Source: Candidatus Woesearchaeota archaeon
Lineage (GTDB): Archaea > Nanobdellota > Nanobdellia > Pacearchaeales > GW2011-AR1
DNA length: 33,884 bases
Reading direction: 5' to 3'
NCBI GenBank assembly: GCA_964450135.1
Contig: CAYVCF010000003.1
Location: 1-33,884 of the forward strand
Of this stretch, positions 26,814 through 33,884 are shown piece by piece. Below the pieces are notes generated by a model that made no database searches, had not been told where the DNA came from, and was given only the letters and a program-made list of their open reading frames with translations. Within the stretch, counting starts at the first letter, position 1. Every line of letters begins with the position of its first letter. The position numbers and the translations under genes are program-made.

Positions 26814-26968
26814 TTTAATTTTAGAACGCATTTCTTTAAATAAATTTATGAGACAGAAAGAATATATTGAAGTGAAATAAGATTAAATTTTCAAGAAACA
26901 ATTAATGTAAAACTAAATTTTAACTCGGGGTTTTTGGGTTCTGCAAGATATTTTCTCGTCGTGAAATT

Positions 26969-27232
26969 TCATTTATATATTTCGTCATGATGAGCATAAT
27001 CAAGAAGACGAATTATTCTCTCATTTTCAAGAATTTCGTAGGTCAATACAAAATTTCTAATATGAACTCTCCATTGTCCAGACATATTTGCAGTCAAAGG
27101 TTTTCCTATTTTTGGGTTTTCAATTATTTCATTTATTTTTCTTGTTAATATTTCAAATTGAAGTTTATCTTTTTTTGATAATTTAGAAAAAATTCTGTCT
27201 AAATGTTCTGAAATTAAAATCCCATAAACCAT
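26969..27232 (-). CDS. RelE/ParE-family type II toxin
   Basis: 87 aa. KIGKPLTANMSGQWRVHIRNFVLTYEILENERIIRLLDYAHHDEIY matches the RelE/ParE C-terminal pattern. It directly follows a small antitoxin-like gene. Confidence 0.7.
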   Translation of the reverse strand: MVYGILISEHLDRIFSKLSKKDKLQFEILTRKINEIIENPKIGKPLTANMSGQWRVHIRNFVLTYEILENERIIRLLDYAHHDEIYK

Positions 27233-27240
27233 AACTTAAT

Positions 27241-27468
27241 TTATGAATACTTCTTCTTAAAATTTTCTATACTTCCCACTTTAACAAATCTCCCCTTTCT
27301 TATAGATTCCAGTTTATTGAGATATTCTGCGCGTATTTTAGGAACAATTTCTATTTGAGATTTAATAAAAATATTTATTTGTTTGCTCATGCTTAAACCA
27401 TGTTCTCTGCAAAATTCTGCGAATTGATTATAAATACTTTCTTCTAAATTAAATGTTTTTATTACCAT
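27241..27468 (-). CDS. Antitoxin candidate (RHH/DinJ-like) of the RelE/ParE pair
   Basis: 75-aa ORF 8 nt upstream of the toxin. N-terminus MVIKTFNLEESIYNQFAEFCREHGLSMSKQINIFI fits a ribbon-helix-helix-like fold. Confidence 0.6.
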   Translation of the reverse strand: MVIKTFNLEESIYNQFAEFCREHGLSMSKQINIFIKSQIEIVPKIRAEYLNKLESIRKGRFVKVGSIENFKKKYS

Positions 27469-28031
27469 TAAATAATCTTATATAATGTTATTTAAATACT
27501 TTTTGTTTTAAATTTTTTGGTTTTTTGATATCGGGGGCAAATTTAAAAATAAATCTCTCGTCGAGAAATTAAAAGAAAGAAAAAATACGCACTTCGTGCA
27601 ATTTATTTTGCTTCAAAATTGGTTTTGCTTAATTTTTCCGCAGAAAAATTATTAATCTGAAAAGAATCTTTACTCTTGATTATTGGTTTTGAAAATGAGA
27701 GCAAAGTTTTTTGTAAATCGTGACTTACTTTAATTCAGGATTTAAAAGATTATTTATTTCCCAAAAAAATTTTTTCGCGAGCGAGCCAAATTATTTCAAA
27801 AGATTTCTCCCTCTCTTGTTTTCAAAAAAAAGAAATAAAAAATAAAGACAACCTTGCGGTTTTCTTATAGAGTTTTCCCTCTATTTGCGGTTAAGCGATA
27901 TTTTTTTATGCCTCCTTTCATATCGCGGAAAAGACAACTTAGCAGTTTTCTTTTTAATCTTTCGCGTTTATTTTCAGTTTTTAATTTTCTCGTCGACAAA
28001 CTGAAACCAAAAAATCCAATGGATTTTTGGG

Positions 28032-28151
28032 CACAGAAAAAATTTTTATTTTTTCTGTGAGACAGAAATTGCTGGTTTGCAAAGAGACTGCAATTTCTGT
28101 ATTTTTTCAAGTCTAAAAAAATTAAATGAGTTTTCACTAAGACTTGAAAAA
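28032..28151 (-). terminator. Three consecutive strong stem-loops just downstream of the 28193-29359 gene
   Basis: Stem 1: 28103-28114 pairs with 28140-28150/51 (12 bp). Stem 2: 28062-28072 pairs with 28090-28100 (11 bp). Stem 3: 28032-28042 pairs with 28049-28059 (11 bp). All three are perfect. Confidence 0.45.
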
Positions 28152-28192
28152 TAAAAAATTCAAAGAAAAAAAATAAAAAATAAAAAATTAAT

Positions 28193-29359
28193 TTAAACAG
28201 CTCTTCCTACAAAGTGGAATTTTCCGTTTGTGAATTTACCATGACATTCTTCTGGTTCATCTACATCATCATCAGTTAAGTCCAATCTAAATGTTATAGA
28301 CATACTTGCGCCTTGAGTTAAAAGAGATGCTTCTCTCCAGTCATTTAAGATTCTGCACATATCTTCAATATGTCCTTCGTTTTCATCTCTTCCACTATAA
28401 CTTGTAAGTGTAGTAAATTCATCATCATTTGCTTCACAAAGTTCTCCTTCACTTTCTCCTAATCCAGGATATCTGTTGTTATTATCTCCAGAATTTCTTG
28501 AGCCCTTTGTAGCATAGTAACTGAATTTATCATATCTAATTCCATTGCCTGCTCCGCAAATTGAAGTTGCATTATTTGTATCTGTGAAATAATCATCAGA
28601 TGCAATATACATATCCATTATCACTCCGCTATCTGCTTCAGCGCTATTCTTAAGTTTAATTGCATTTGAAGTTGCAACTTCACCTGGAATAACTTTTCCG
28701 AAGCTGATTGTTGTCTCGTCAAGCGAAACACCAAGTCCTGGATTGAAATTTAACCAATCAATATTTCCAGTTGTAATTAGGGTAGTATTTCCACTATCAC
28801 ATTCTTCATCATCATCAACCTTTATTGCAACTGAATTTGGAGAAGTCCATGTTGAATCAACAATTAATCTACAAATGTAAGTGTTTCCATCTGCACCACT
28901 ATAACTATCTCCAAAAGCAGTAGCATCAAAAGAAACTCCCCCATCAGTTAAATCTACTTCAGCACAAGGAGCAACTGGGTTTGTTCCAACATATAGATTT
29001 ACAGAAGCAATATCGTCATCTGTATCTCCATCTTCAACATAAACATAGTAATCAACTGTTTCACCAGTAAATACATAGTTCATTCTTTCAGAGACAAAAA
29101 ATCTATCATAACCATTTAAATTATATTTTCCCCCATCATCTTCCCAACCATATTCGTCAGCAGTATAAACTGTCTGGTCATTTGGATACCAGCCTCTTGC
29201 TGTGTGGTCTATGAAAATTTCAGGTTCATGACAAACAGGAGTTGGTTCATCAACATCTACAGTTATTCCTCCGCCAATTCCAGCTCCATCAGCCAAAACT
29301 ACAGGCATTACAGATGTCAATAACATCATAACAGCCATTAAAGCTAAAATTTTTTTCAT
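28193..29359 (-). CDS. Secreted acidic Cys-containing protein, compositionally distinct, probably highly expressed (hypothetical)
   Basis: Signal peptide MKKILALMAVMMLLTSVMPVVLA. D/E/T/G-rich mature part with about 9 Cys. Strong SD (ggagg, 29365-29369 on the minus strand). Lacks A/T runs and has no CGTCG word. Confidence 0.75.
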   Translation of the reverse strand: MKKILALMAVMMLLTSVMPVVLADGAGIGGGITVDVDEPTPVCHEPEIFIDHTARGWYPNDQTVYTADEYGWEDDGGKYNLNGYDRFFVSERMNYVFTGETVDYYVYVEDGDTDDDIASVNLYVGTNPVAPCAEVDLTDGGVSFDATAFGDSYSGADGNTYICRLIVDSTWTSPNSVAIKVDDDEECDSGNTTLITTGNIDWLNFNPGLGVSLDETTISFGKVIPGEVATSNAIKLKNSAEADSGVIMDMYIASDDYFTDTNNATSICGAGNGIRYDKFSYYATKGSRNSGDNNNRYPGLGESEGELCEANDDEFTTLTSYSGRDENEGHIEDMCRILNDWREASLLTQGASMSITFRLDLTDDDVDEPEECHGKFTNGKFHFVGRAV

Positions 29360-29385
29360 TTTCTTTTTTTATAACCTCCTTTCAA

Positions 29386-29404
29386 TTCTATTGTAAACTT
29401 TGTT
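29386..29404. promoter_or_regulatory. 8-bp palindrome/stem-loop in the leader of the 28193-29359 gene
   Basis: aactttgt (29386-29393), taa, acaaagtt (29397-29404). It lies between the SD and the upstream AT-rich region. Confidence 0.4.
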
Positions 29405-29572
29405 AAACAAAGTTGTTAATTCATTTCTGAAATAACTATGAAGTTCTGGAAAATTATTTTTTAGTCCATCTCTTTTTGCTCTCTTTTTTATCACCATATT
29501 GAATTCAAGAACAACTTCTTTAAAAGTATTATTGTCGTCGACATATCTATTTTTTGTTATTACTCAACTCAA

Positions 29573-29797
29573 ATGAAAATAAATCTTTCTAATAAATGTC
29601 GCGGATTTTTTAGGATTAAAAATATTTGGAAATATAATCTTCCAGATGCATGGAGATTATTTTATAGTATTGAAGGAAAAGATTTGGTTAGTAGCTCAAT
29701 TGTTTTGGTTTCAATTTGGTGTTGTAACAATCTACTGGATATTAACCCTATTAGAAATCCTGCAAAATCTTATAAATACTTTATTCTTAAATTTATT
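29573..29797 (+). pseudogene. Degenerate RelE/ParE-like toxin remnant
   Basis: NIWKYNLPDAWRLFYSIEGKDLV...IVLVSI resembles the RelE/ParE core (xWxxRxxxYRLxYxI...IxIL). The N-terminal ~40 aa and the C-terminal HxxxY are missing, and the frame is fused to the gatC frame. Confidence 0.35.
29771..29778 (+). promoter_or_regulatory. TATA-box-like element upstream of gatC
   Basis: tataaata ends 20 nt before ATG 29798, consistent with a leaderless transcript. Same octamer as upstream of rpoK. Confidence 0.4.
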
Positions 29798-30058
29798 ATG
29801 GCAGATTTTCTATGGCATGAAATTTCTGAAAAAGAAAAGCAAAAAATAAAAGAACAAGCAAGAGAAATTATGGATAGTTTTTCAAAAAAACTTTCAAGAA
29901 TAAATGTGTCAAAAATTTCAGAACCAAACATTGAAAGAAAAAATTGTGAAAGAAAAGAAGGCGAAGGGAATTGCGAAAAAATTGATAGAAAAATAATGTT
30001 TGAAAACGCGCCTGAAAAAAATTCTGATTTTATCGTCGGAGAAAGAAAAGTATGGTAA
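29798..30058 (+). CDS. gatC: Asp/Glu-tRNA amidotransferase subunit C
   Basis: 86 aa immediately upstream of gatA and overlapping it (atggtaa). The C-terminal FENAPEKNSDFIVGE resembles the GatC xNAPxxxxGxxxVP motif. Confidence 0.6.
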   Translation: MADFLWHEISEKEKQKIKEQAREIMDSFSKKLSRINVSKISEPNIERKNCERKEGEGNCEKIDRKIMFENAPEKNSDFIVGERKVW

Positions 30059-31389
30059 CCACTCTTCAAAAACTTCAAAATTATTTAAAAGAAATTGAAA
30101 AGAACGACAAGAACGGAAAAAAAATAAACGCGTTTTTAGAATTGCGAAATGAAAAAGATTTAATTGCAGAAGCAAAAATTATAGACGAGAAAATCAAAAA
30201 TAAAACTGCTGGAAGGTTGGCTGGAAAAATTATCGGAATAAAAGCAAACATAAATGTTTTGGGTTTGCATGCGAGTTGCGCTTCAAAATGTTTGGAAAAT
30301 TACAAGTCCCCTTATGATGCATTTGTCGTCGAGAAAATCAAAAAACAAGACGGATTAATTATTGGGATGTTAAACATGGACGAGTTTGCGTCTGGAAGTT
30401 CTGGCGAAACATCTGCGTTCGGACCGACAAAAAATCCTGTTGCATTAGGAAAAATTACTGGTGGTTCTTCAAGCGGACCGGCTGCTGCAGTTGCTGGAAA
30501 TTTTTGCGATATGGCTCTTGGAAGCGACACAGGAGGTTCAATCAGAAACCCTGCTTCGCATTGCGGAATCGTCGGCATAAAACCAACTTATTCTGTTGTC
30601 TCTCGTTACGGTTTAATTGATTTAGCAATGAGCACAGATACTATCGGGCCACTTGCAAAAAATGTTTATGACGCAACTTTACTTTTAGATGTAATAAAAG
30701 AAAAAGATGAAAAAGATGCAATCTCCCAAGAAAGCAAAAGAATTGATTTTAAAAAATTAGAACAGACCCCGAAAGAAATTGTCGTCGGTATTTTAGATAT
30801 TTCCGGCTTGAAAGTTGATGAAAGAATAAAAAAATTAATTGAAGAAAAAATAAATTTAGTTGTTAAAAAAAATAATTGGAAAACAAAAAAAATAAAAATT
30901 GAAAATCTTGATTTGGCGATTGAGACATACTATCCGATTGTTTATGTTGAAGTTTTTTCTGGAACACGAAAACTCGACGGAAGAAGATTTGGAAAAAAAA
31001 TTGAGGACTCGTGCGGGCCAGAATTTTTGCGAAGAATTTTAGGCGGAAGTGAAATTAGCAAAGCAGAACATTCAGGAAGATATTATCATCTTGCGTTGAA
31101 ATCAAAAAAATTAATTGAACAAGAATTTAAAATGGCTTTCAAAGAAGTTGATTGCATTATTTGTCCAACTGTTCCGATTCTTCCGCACAACATTGGTGAA
31201 AAAATTTCAGTTGAAGAAATGTATGCCTATGACGCGCTGACAATTCCATCGAGCTTGGCTGGAAATTGTTGCATTTCAATTCCTGCTGGAAAAATTCAAA
31301 ATATTCCTGTTGGCTTGCAAATAATGTGCGACAAATTTCAAGAACAAAAAATGTTGGAAATTGCGAGAGAGATTGAGAGGGGAAATTAA
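30052..31389 (+). CDS. gatA: Asp/Glu-tRNA amidotransferase subunit A (amidase signature)
   Basis: GGSSSGPAAAVA and DTGGSIRNPAS amidase-signature motifs. 445 aa. Confidence 0.9.
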   Translation: MVTTLQKLQNYLKEIEKNDKNGKKINAFLELRNEKDLIAEAKIIDEKIKNKTAGRLAGKIIGIKANINVLGLHASCASKCLENYKSPYDAFVVEKIKKQDGLIIGMLNMDEFASGSSGETSAFGPTKNPVALGKITGGSSSGPAAAVAGNFCDMALGSDTGGSIRNPASHCGIVGIKPTYSVVSRYGLIDLAMSTDTIGPLAKNVYDATLLLDVIKEKDEKDAISQESKRIDFKKLEQTPKEIVVGILDISGLKVDERIKKLIEEKINLVVKKNNWKTKKIKIENLDLAIETYYPIVYVEVFSGTRKLDGRRFGKKIEDSCGPEFLRRILGGSEISKAEHSGRYYHLALKSKKLIEQEFKMAFKEVDCIICPTVPILPHNIGEKISVEEMYAYDALTIPSSLAGNCCISIPAGKIQNIPVGLQIMCDKFQEQKMLEIAREIERGN

Positions 31390-31988
31390 TCTCTCGTCGT
31401 GAAATTTTTTATTTTAATCTCTTTATCCAAATCTTTTTTCATTAATTTGTAATCGCTTGAAATTATTTTCTTTTTGTTTTTTTCAATATCTGTAAATTCA
31501 ATTTGTTGTTTTGTCATCGCTGTTACTAAAATCAACAAGAAAGAATAAACTTTATTTTTTTGTTTTTTAACTTGTTCCAAAGAAACAGAGTTTATTTTTT
31601 TAAAACTCGCATTGATAAAATATTTTTTCATAATTCTTTTAACAGAATCCTTGATTGATTCACCTGCTAAAATTCTTCCGCCAGGCAAACTTAGTTTTTC
31701 TTTAAATGGGCGCTTGATTCTTTTGTGTAAAAAAATTTGGTTCTTATTTTTACAAATTGCAATTAAAATGACTGGAAGTGGAGAATTTTTTTCTGAAAGA
31801 TACGGGATAATTTTTTCAGCAGTTTCTGTAAGTTGATAATCCTCGTCGAGCTTTTCAAGAATTTTCTTTTTCATCAAATTTTTTAAATGATACGCCAACT
31901 TGTTAGAACGAATTTTCAAAGATTTTTCTATCTCGCTGAATTTTAATTTTTTCTCATAAAGAAAAAGTTGCAAAATATTTTTTTCCAT
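31386..31988 (-). CDS. wHTH-Nudix fusion protein with degenerate Nudix box (putative ligand-sensing regulator)
   Basis: N-terminal ArsR/MarR-like wHTH (FSEIEKSLKIRSNKLAYHLKNLMKKKILEK). The C-terminal Nudix fold has LPGGRILAGESIKDSVKRIMKKYF, in which the REx2EE glutamates are replaced. Confidence 0.65.
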   Translation of the reverse strand: MEKNILQLFLYEKKLKFSEIEKSLKIRSNKLAYHLKNLMKKKILEKLDEDYQLTETAEKIIPYLSEKNSPLPVILIAICKNKNQIFLHKRIKRPFKEKLSLPGGRILAGESIKDSVKRIMKKYFINASFKKINSVSLEQVKKQKNKVYSFLLILVTAMTKQQIEFTDIEKNKKKIISSDYKLMKKDLDKEIKIKNFTTRD

Positions 31989-32040
31989 AAGTCAATTTTT
32001 TTGAGGAATTATTTAAATATTATTGTGGTGAAATTTTTTC

Positions 32041-32565
32041 ATGGTTAAAGAAATTGAGTGTTATGTAAGCCAAGTTGAGATTGAAAGAGAAAAAAGAGAA
32101 AGGGAAGACTTTTTTAAATTTTGGCTCAAAACAGCTTCACATTTTTTTACACCTCCCTCTTTTAGAGTAGATGAAATAAGAACCTCTGATCCTGAAATAG
32201 GAGTTCATTTCATTGATCCCCGTATTTATCCAAATCCATTAAACGATAGAGTAAAGAGAGAATTAGAAGAATTTGACGCGAAAAATGTAAGTAATTTAGT
32301 GGATAATCCTGTTCGCTCAGAAATAGTTCAACGATCATGGATATATTGTGGATTTTGGAGTGCAGTAGATATTTATCCATTTAAGTCAAAAATTAGCATA
32401 AATTGTCCAGAAGTTTATACTCCGGCAAAACAAATGGCAAAATCCATTGAAAGAGTTTATCATAAAGATATTTCTTTGCTAATTGGATATCCAAGAGAAA
32501 ATAAGATATTAAATACCTCCACAATTAAAAAATTATTAAAATATTTTAGAAAAAATGTCAGATAA
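32041..32565 (+). CDS. Hypothetical protein (174 aa), first gene of the Nudix/MBL operon
   Basis: Clean ORF overlapping the Nudix gene start by 11 nt. No family recognised. Lacks the CGTCG word. Confidence 0.6.
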   Translation: MVKEIECYVSQVEIEREKREREDFFKFWLKTASHFFTPPSFRVDEIRTSDPEIGVHFIDPRIYPNPLNDRVKRELEEFDAKNVSNLVDNPVRSEIVQRSWIYCGFWSAVDIYPFKSKISINCPEVYTPAKQMAKSIERVYHKDISLLIGYPRENKILNTSTIKKLLKYFRKNVR

Positions 32566-33055
32566 AAATTTAACACATTATGTTGTTGTAACAGGAATTT
32601 TAGTAAACAGCGAAGGAAAATATTTAATTACAAAAAGAGCGGACTGGGAAAAAGCGTTTCCTGGAAAATGGGCTGTGCCTGGAGGAAAACTTGAAGTTCT
32701 TGATTATGTTCTTAGAAAAAAAGACACGCCGTCGCATTGGTATAATATTTTTGAAGATTTGCTGAAAAGAGAAATTAAAGAAGAAGTCGGATTAGAATTT
32801 GAAAATATTGGTTATATAACTAGTTTGGTTTATTTAAGAGAAGACAAAATTCCTTACTTGATTGTAAGTTTATATGCAAACGCGAAAAGTGAAAATGTAA
32901 AACTTTGCGACGCTTTGACCGAATTCGCTTGGGTAAATTTAGAAGAAGCGAAAAAATTTGATTTAATCGACGGGATTTATCAAGAACTTGAAATCTTAGA
33001 TAAGAAAATAAAAGGTGAGACAAAATTTGTCGAGCAGTGGAAAGCAAAAATTTAA
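32555..33055 (+). CDS. Nudix hydrolase with an insertion inside the Nudix box
   Basis: PGGKLE ... REIKEEVGLEF, with about 20 extra residues between the G-x5-E part and the RE-x2-EE part. Confidence 0.8.
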   Translation: MSDKNLTHYVVVTGILVNSEGKYLITKRADWEKAFPGKWAVPGGKLEVLDYVLRKKDTPSHWYNIFEDLLKREIKEEVGLEFENIGYITSLVYLREDKIPYLIVSLYANAKSENVKLCDALTEFAWVNLEEAKKFDLIDGIYQELEILDKKIKGETKFVEQWKAKI

Positions 33056-33110
33056 AAAAAATATTCTACAATTCCTAAAACCTTAAAAACCAAAATTGAT
33101 TTTCTTAATT

Positions 33111-33776
33111 ATGGATTTTGGTGAAATAAAAATTAGCTGGCTTGGAAATTCTGGCTTTTTAATTAAGAACTCAAAAGTAATTTACATTGATCCTTACAAC
33201 ATTAAAGAAGAAAGTGAAAAAGCAGATTTTATTTTTCTGACTCATAGCCATTATGACCATTGTAGCGTCGCTGATATTCAAAAAATTTTAAAGCCAGGAA
33301 CAAAAATAATTGCACCTGCTGGCTGTCAAAGCAAAATTGTAAGATTTGATATTCCCATTGATATTCAGTTAGTTGAAATAGGAAATGAATTTTCTTTAGG
33401 AGAAATAAAAGTTTCTGTTTTTCCTGCTTACAATATTGACAAGCCATTTCACAGCAAAGACGAGCAGTGGGTCGGGTATTTATTAAAGATAAAAAATTTT
33501 TTAATTTATCATGCAGGAGACACGGACTTAATTCCAGAAATGCAAAAACTTACAGGACATAATCAAGAGGATAAAAAATTTTTGGCTCTGCTTCCTGTTG
33601 GCGGAAGATTTACAATGAGCGCTGAAGAAGCAAGCGAGGCAGCGAAATTAATAAAACCGGACTTTGCAATTCCAATGCATTACGGAAGTGTTTCGGGCAA
33701 CAATACCGACGCTGAAGAGTTCAAAGAAATTTGCGAAGCAAATGGAATAAGAGTTGAAATTCTGGAAAAAAATTAA
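33111..33776 (+). CDS. Metallo-beta-lactamase-fold hydrolase (UPF0173-like)
   Basis: THSHYDHC (HxHxDH) motif and later conserved H/D residues (YHAGDT, PMHYG). I prefer ATG 33111 over the called TTG 33096. Confidence 0.85.
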   Translation: MDFGEIKISWLGNSGFLIKNSKVIYIDPYNIKEESEKADFIFLTHSHYDHCSVADIQKILKPGTKIIAPAGCQSKIVRFDIPIDIQLVEIGNEFSLGEIKVSVFPAYNIDKPFHSKDEQWVGYLLKIKNFLIYHAGDTDLIPEMQKLTGHNQEDKKFLALLPVGGRFTMSAEEASEAAKLIKPDFAIPMHYGSVSGNNTDAEEFKEICEANGIRVEILEKN

Positions 33777-33884
33777 TTACAAAAGTTTGAATTATAAATT
33801 TTATGCGATTTTACCGACGAGAAAATATCTTTTGCAAACTAGTTGAACAAACGAGTTTATGCAGTATCCACCGGAGGCATTTAG

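Noticed and set aside
27854-28137. Overlapping 68-aa (+) and 90-aa (-) ORFs in the 724-nt spacer
   Set aside because: They are mutually antisense, low-complexity and K/F/L-rich, and run through perfect hairpins and repeat modules. The shared KLKTENK peptide with the 19172-19966 extension reflects a shared DNA repeat, not a protein family.
29360-29560. Minus-strand small frame ending in the SD of the 28193-29359 gene (...MVIKKRAKRDGLKNNFPELHSYFRNELTTLFNKVYNRIERRL)
   Set aside because: It is only 41 aa from the first ATG, with no clear start context. It is helical-looking but unsupported, so I left it unannotated.
1-33884. CRISPR arrays, rRNA/tRNA genes, transposases, integrases, and a reverse transcriptase / DGR template-variable repeat pair near the surface proteins
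   Set aside because: I saw no regularly spaced direct repeats, no cloverleaf-capable GC-rich 70-90 nt segments, and no ORF with RT, transposase or integrase motifs. I saw no long near-identical repeat pair within the surface-protein genes.
1-33884. Alternative genetic code (stop-codon reassignment) as an explanation for the large ORF-free spacers
   Set aside because: All recognisable genes are intact under the standard code and end at TAA, TGA or TAG. The spacers contain stops of all three kinds in every frame.

Overview
AT-rich archaeal chromosome fragment. The archaeal assignment rests on exosome genes rrp4/rrp41/rrp42, RpoK, diphthine synthase, class-III-signal-peptide pilins, and TATA-like boxes about 20-35 nt before several start codons. 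The compact, surface-protein-rich content suggests a small-genome DPANN-like archaeon; this is inference only. Positions 1-14.7 kb are mostly housekeeping: MiaB/MtaB-like methylthiotransferase, Dus, TrmB regulator, IleRS, diphthine synthase, exosome operon, RpoK. Positions 15-27 kb are a cell-surface island with five pilin-like genes, a 1105-aa lamin-tail-domain adhesin and a DNRLRE/dockerin-like protein, interrupted by a type II R-M module. Positions 27-34 kb hold a RelBE-type TA pair, a compositionally distinct secreted acidic protein, a RelE remnant, gatCA, and a wHTH-Nudix regulator facing a Nudix/MBL operon. No rRNA, tRNA, CRISPR array, transposase or reverse transcriptase was seen. Four signals stand out. 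(1) The word CGTCG/CGACG, extended to TT(G/C)TCGTCG, is hyper-abundant in coding and non-coding DNA, with an apparent orientation switch near 14.8 kb. (2) Four unrecognised, translationally coupled mini-ORFs interrupt the exosome operon and are bounded by a repeated 28-nt junction. (3) Mosaic spacer repeats and hairpins recur, including a roughly 100-130 nt inverted repeat bracketing a Cys-rich membrane protein gene. (4) The pilin/LTD surface island itself. All counts are hand counts and need computational confirmation.
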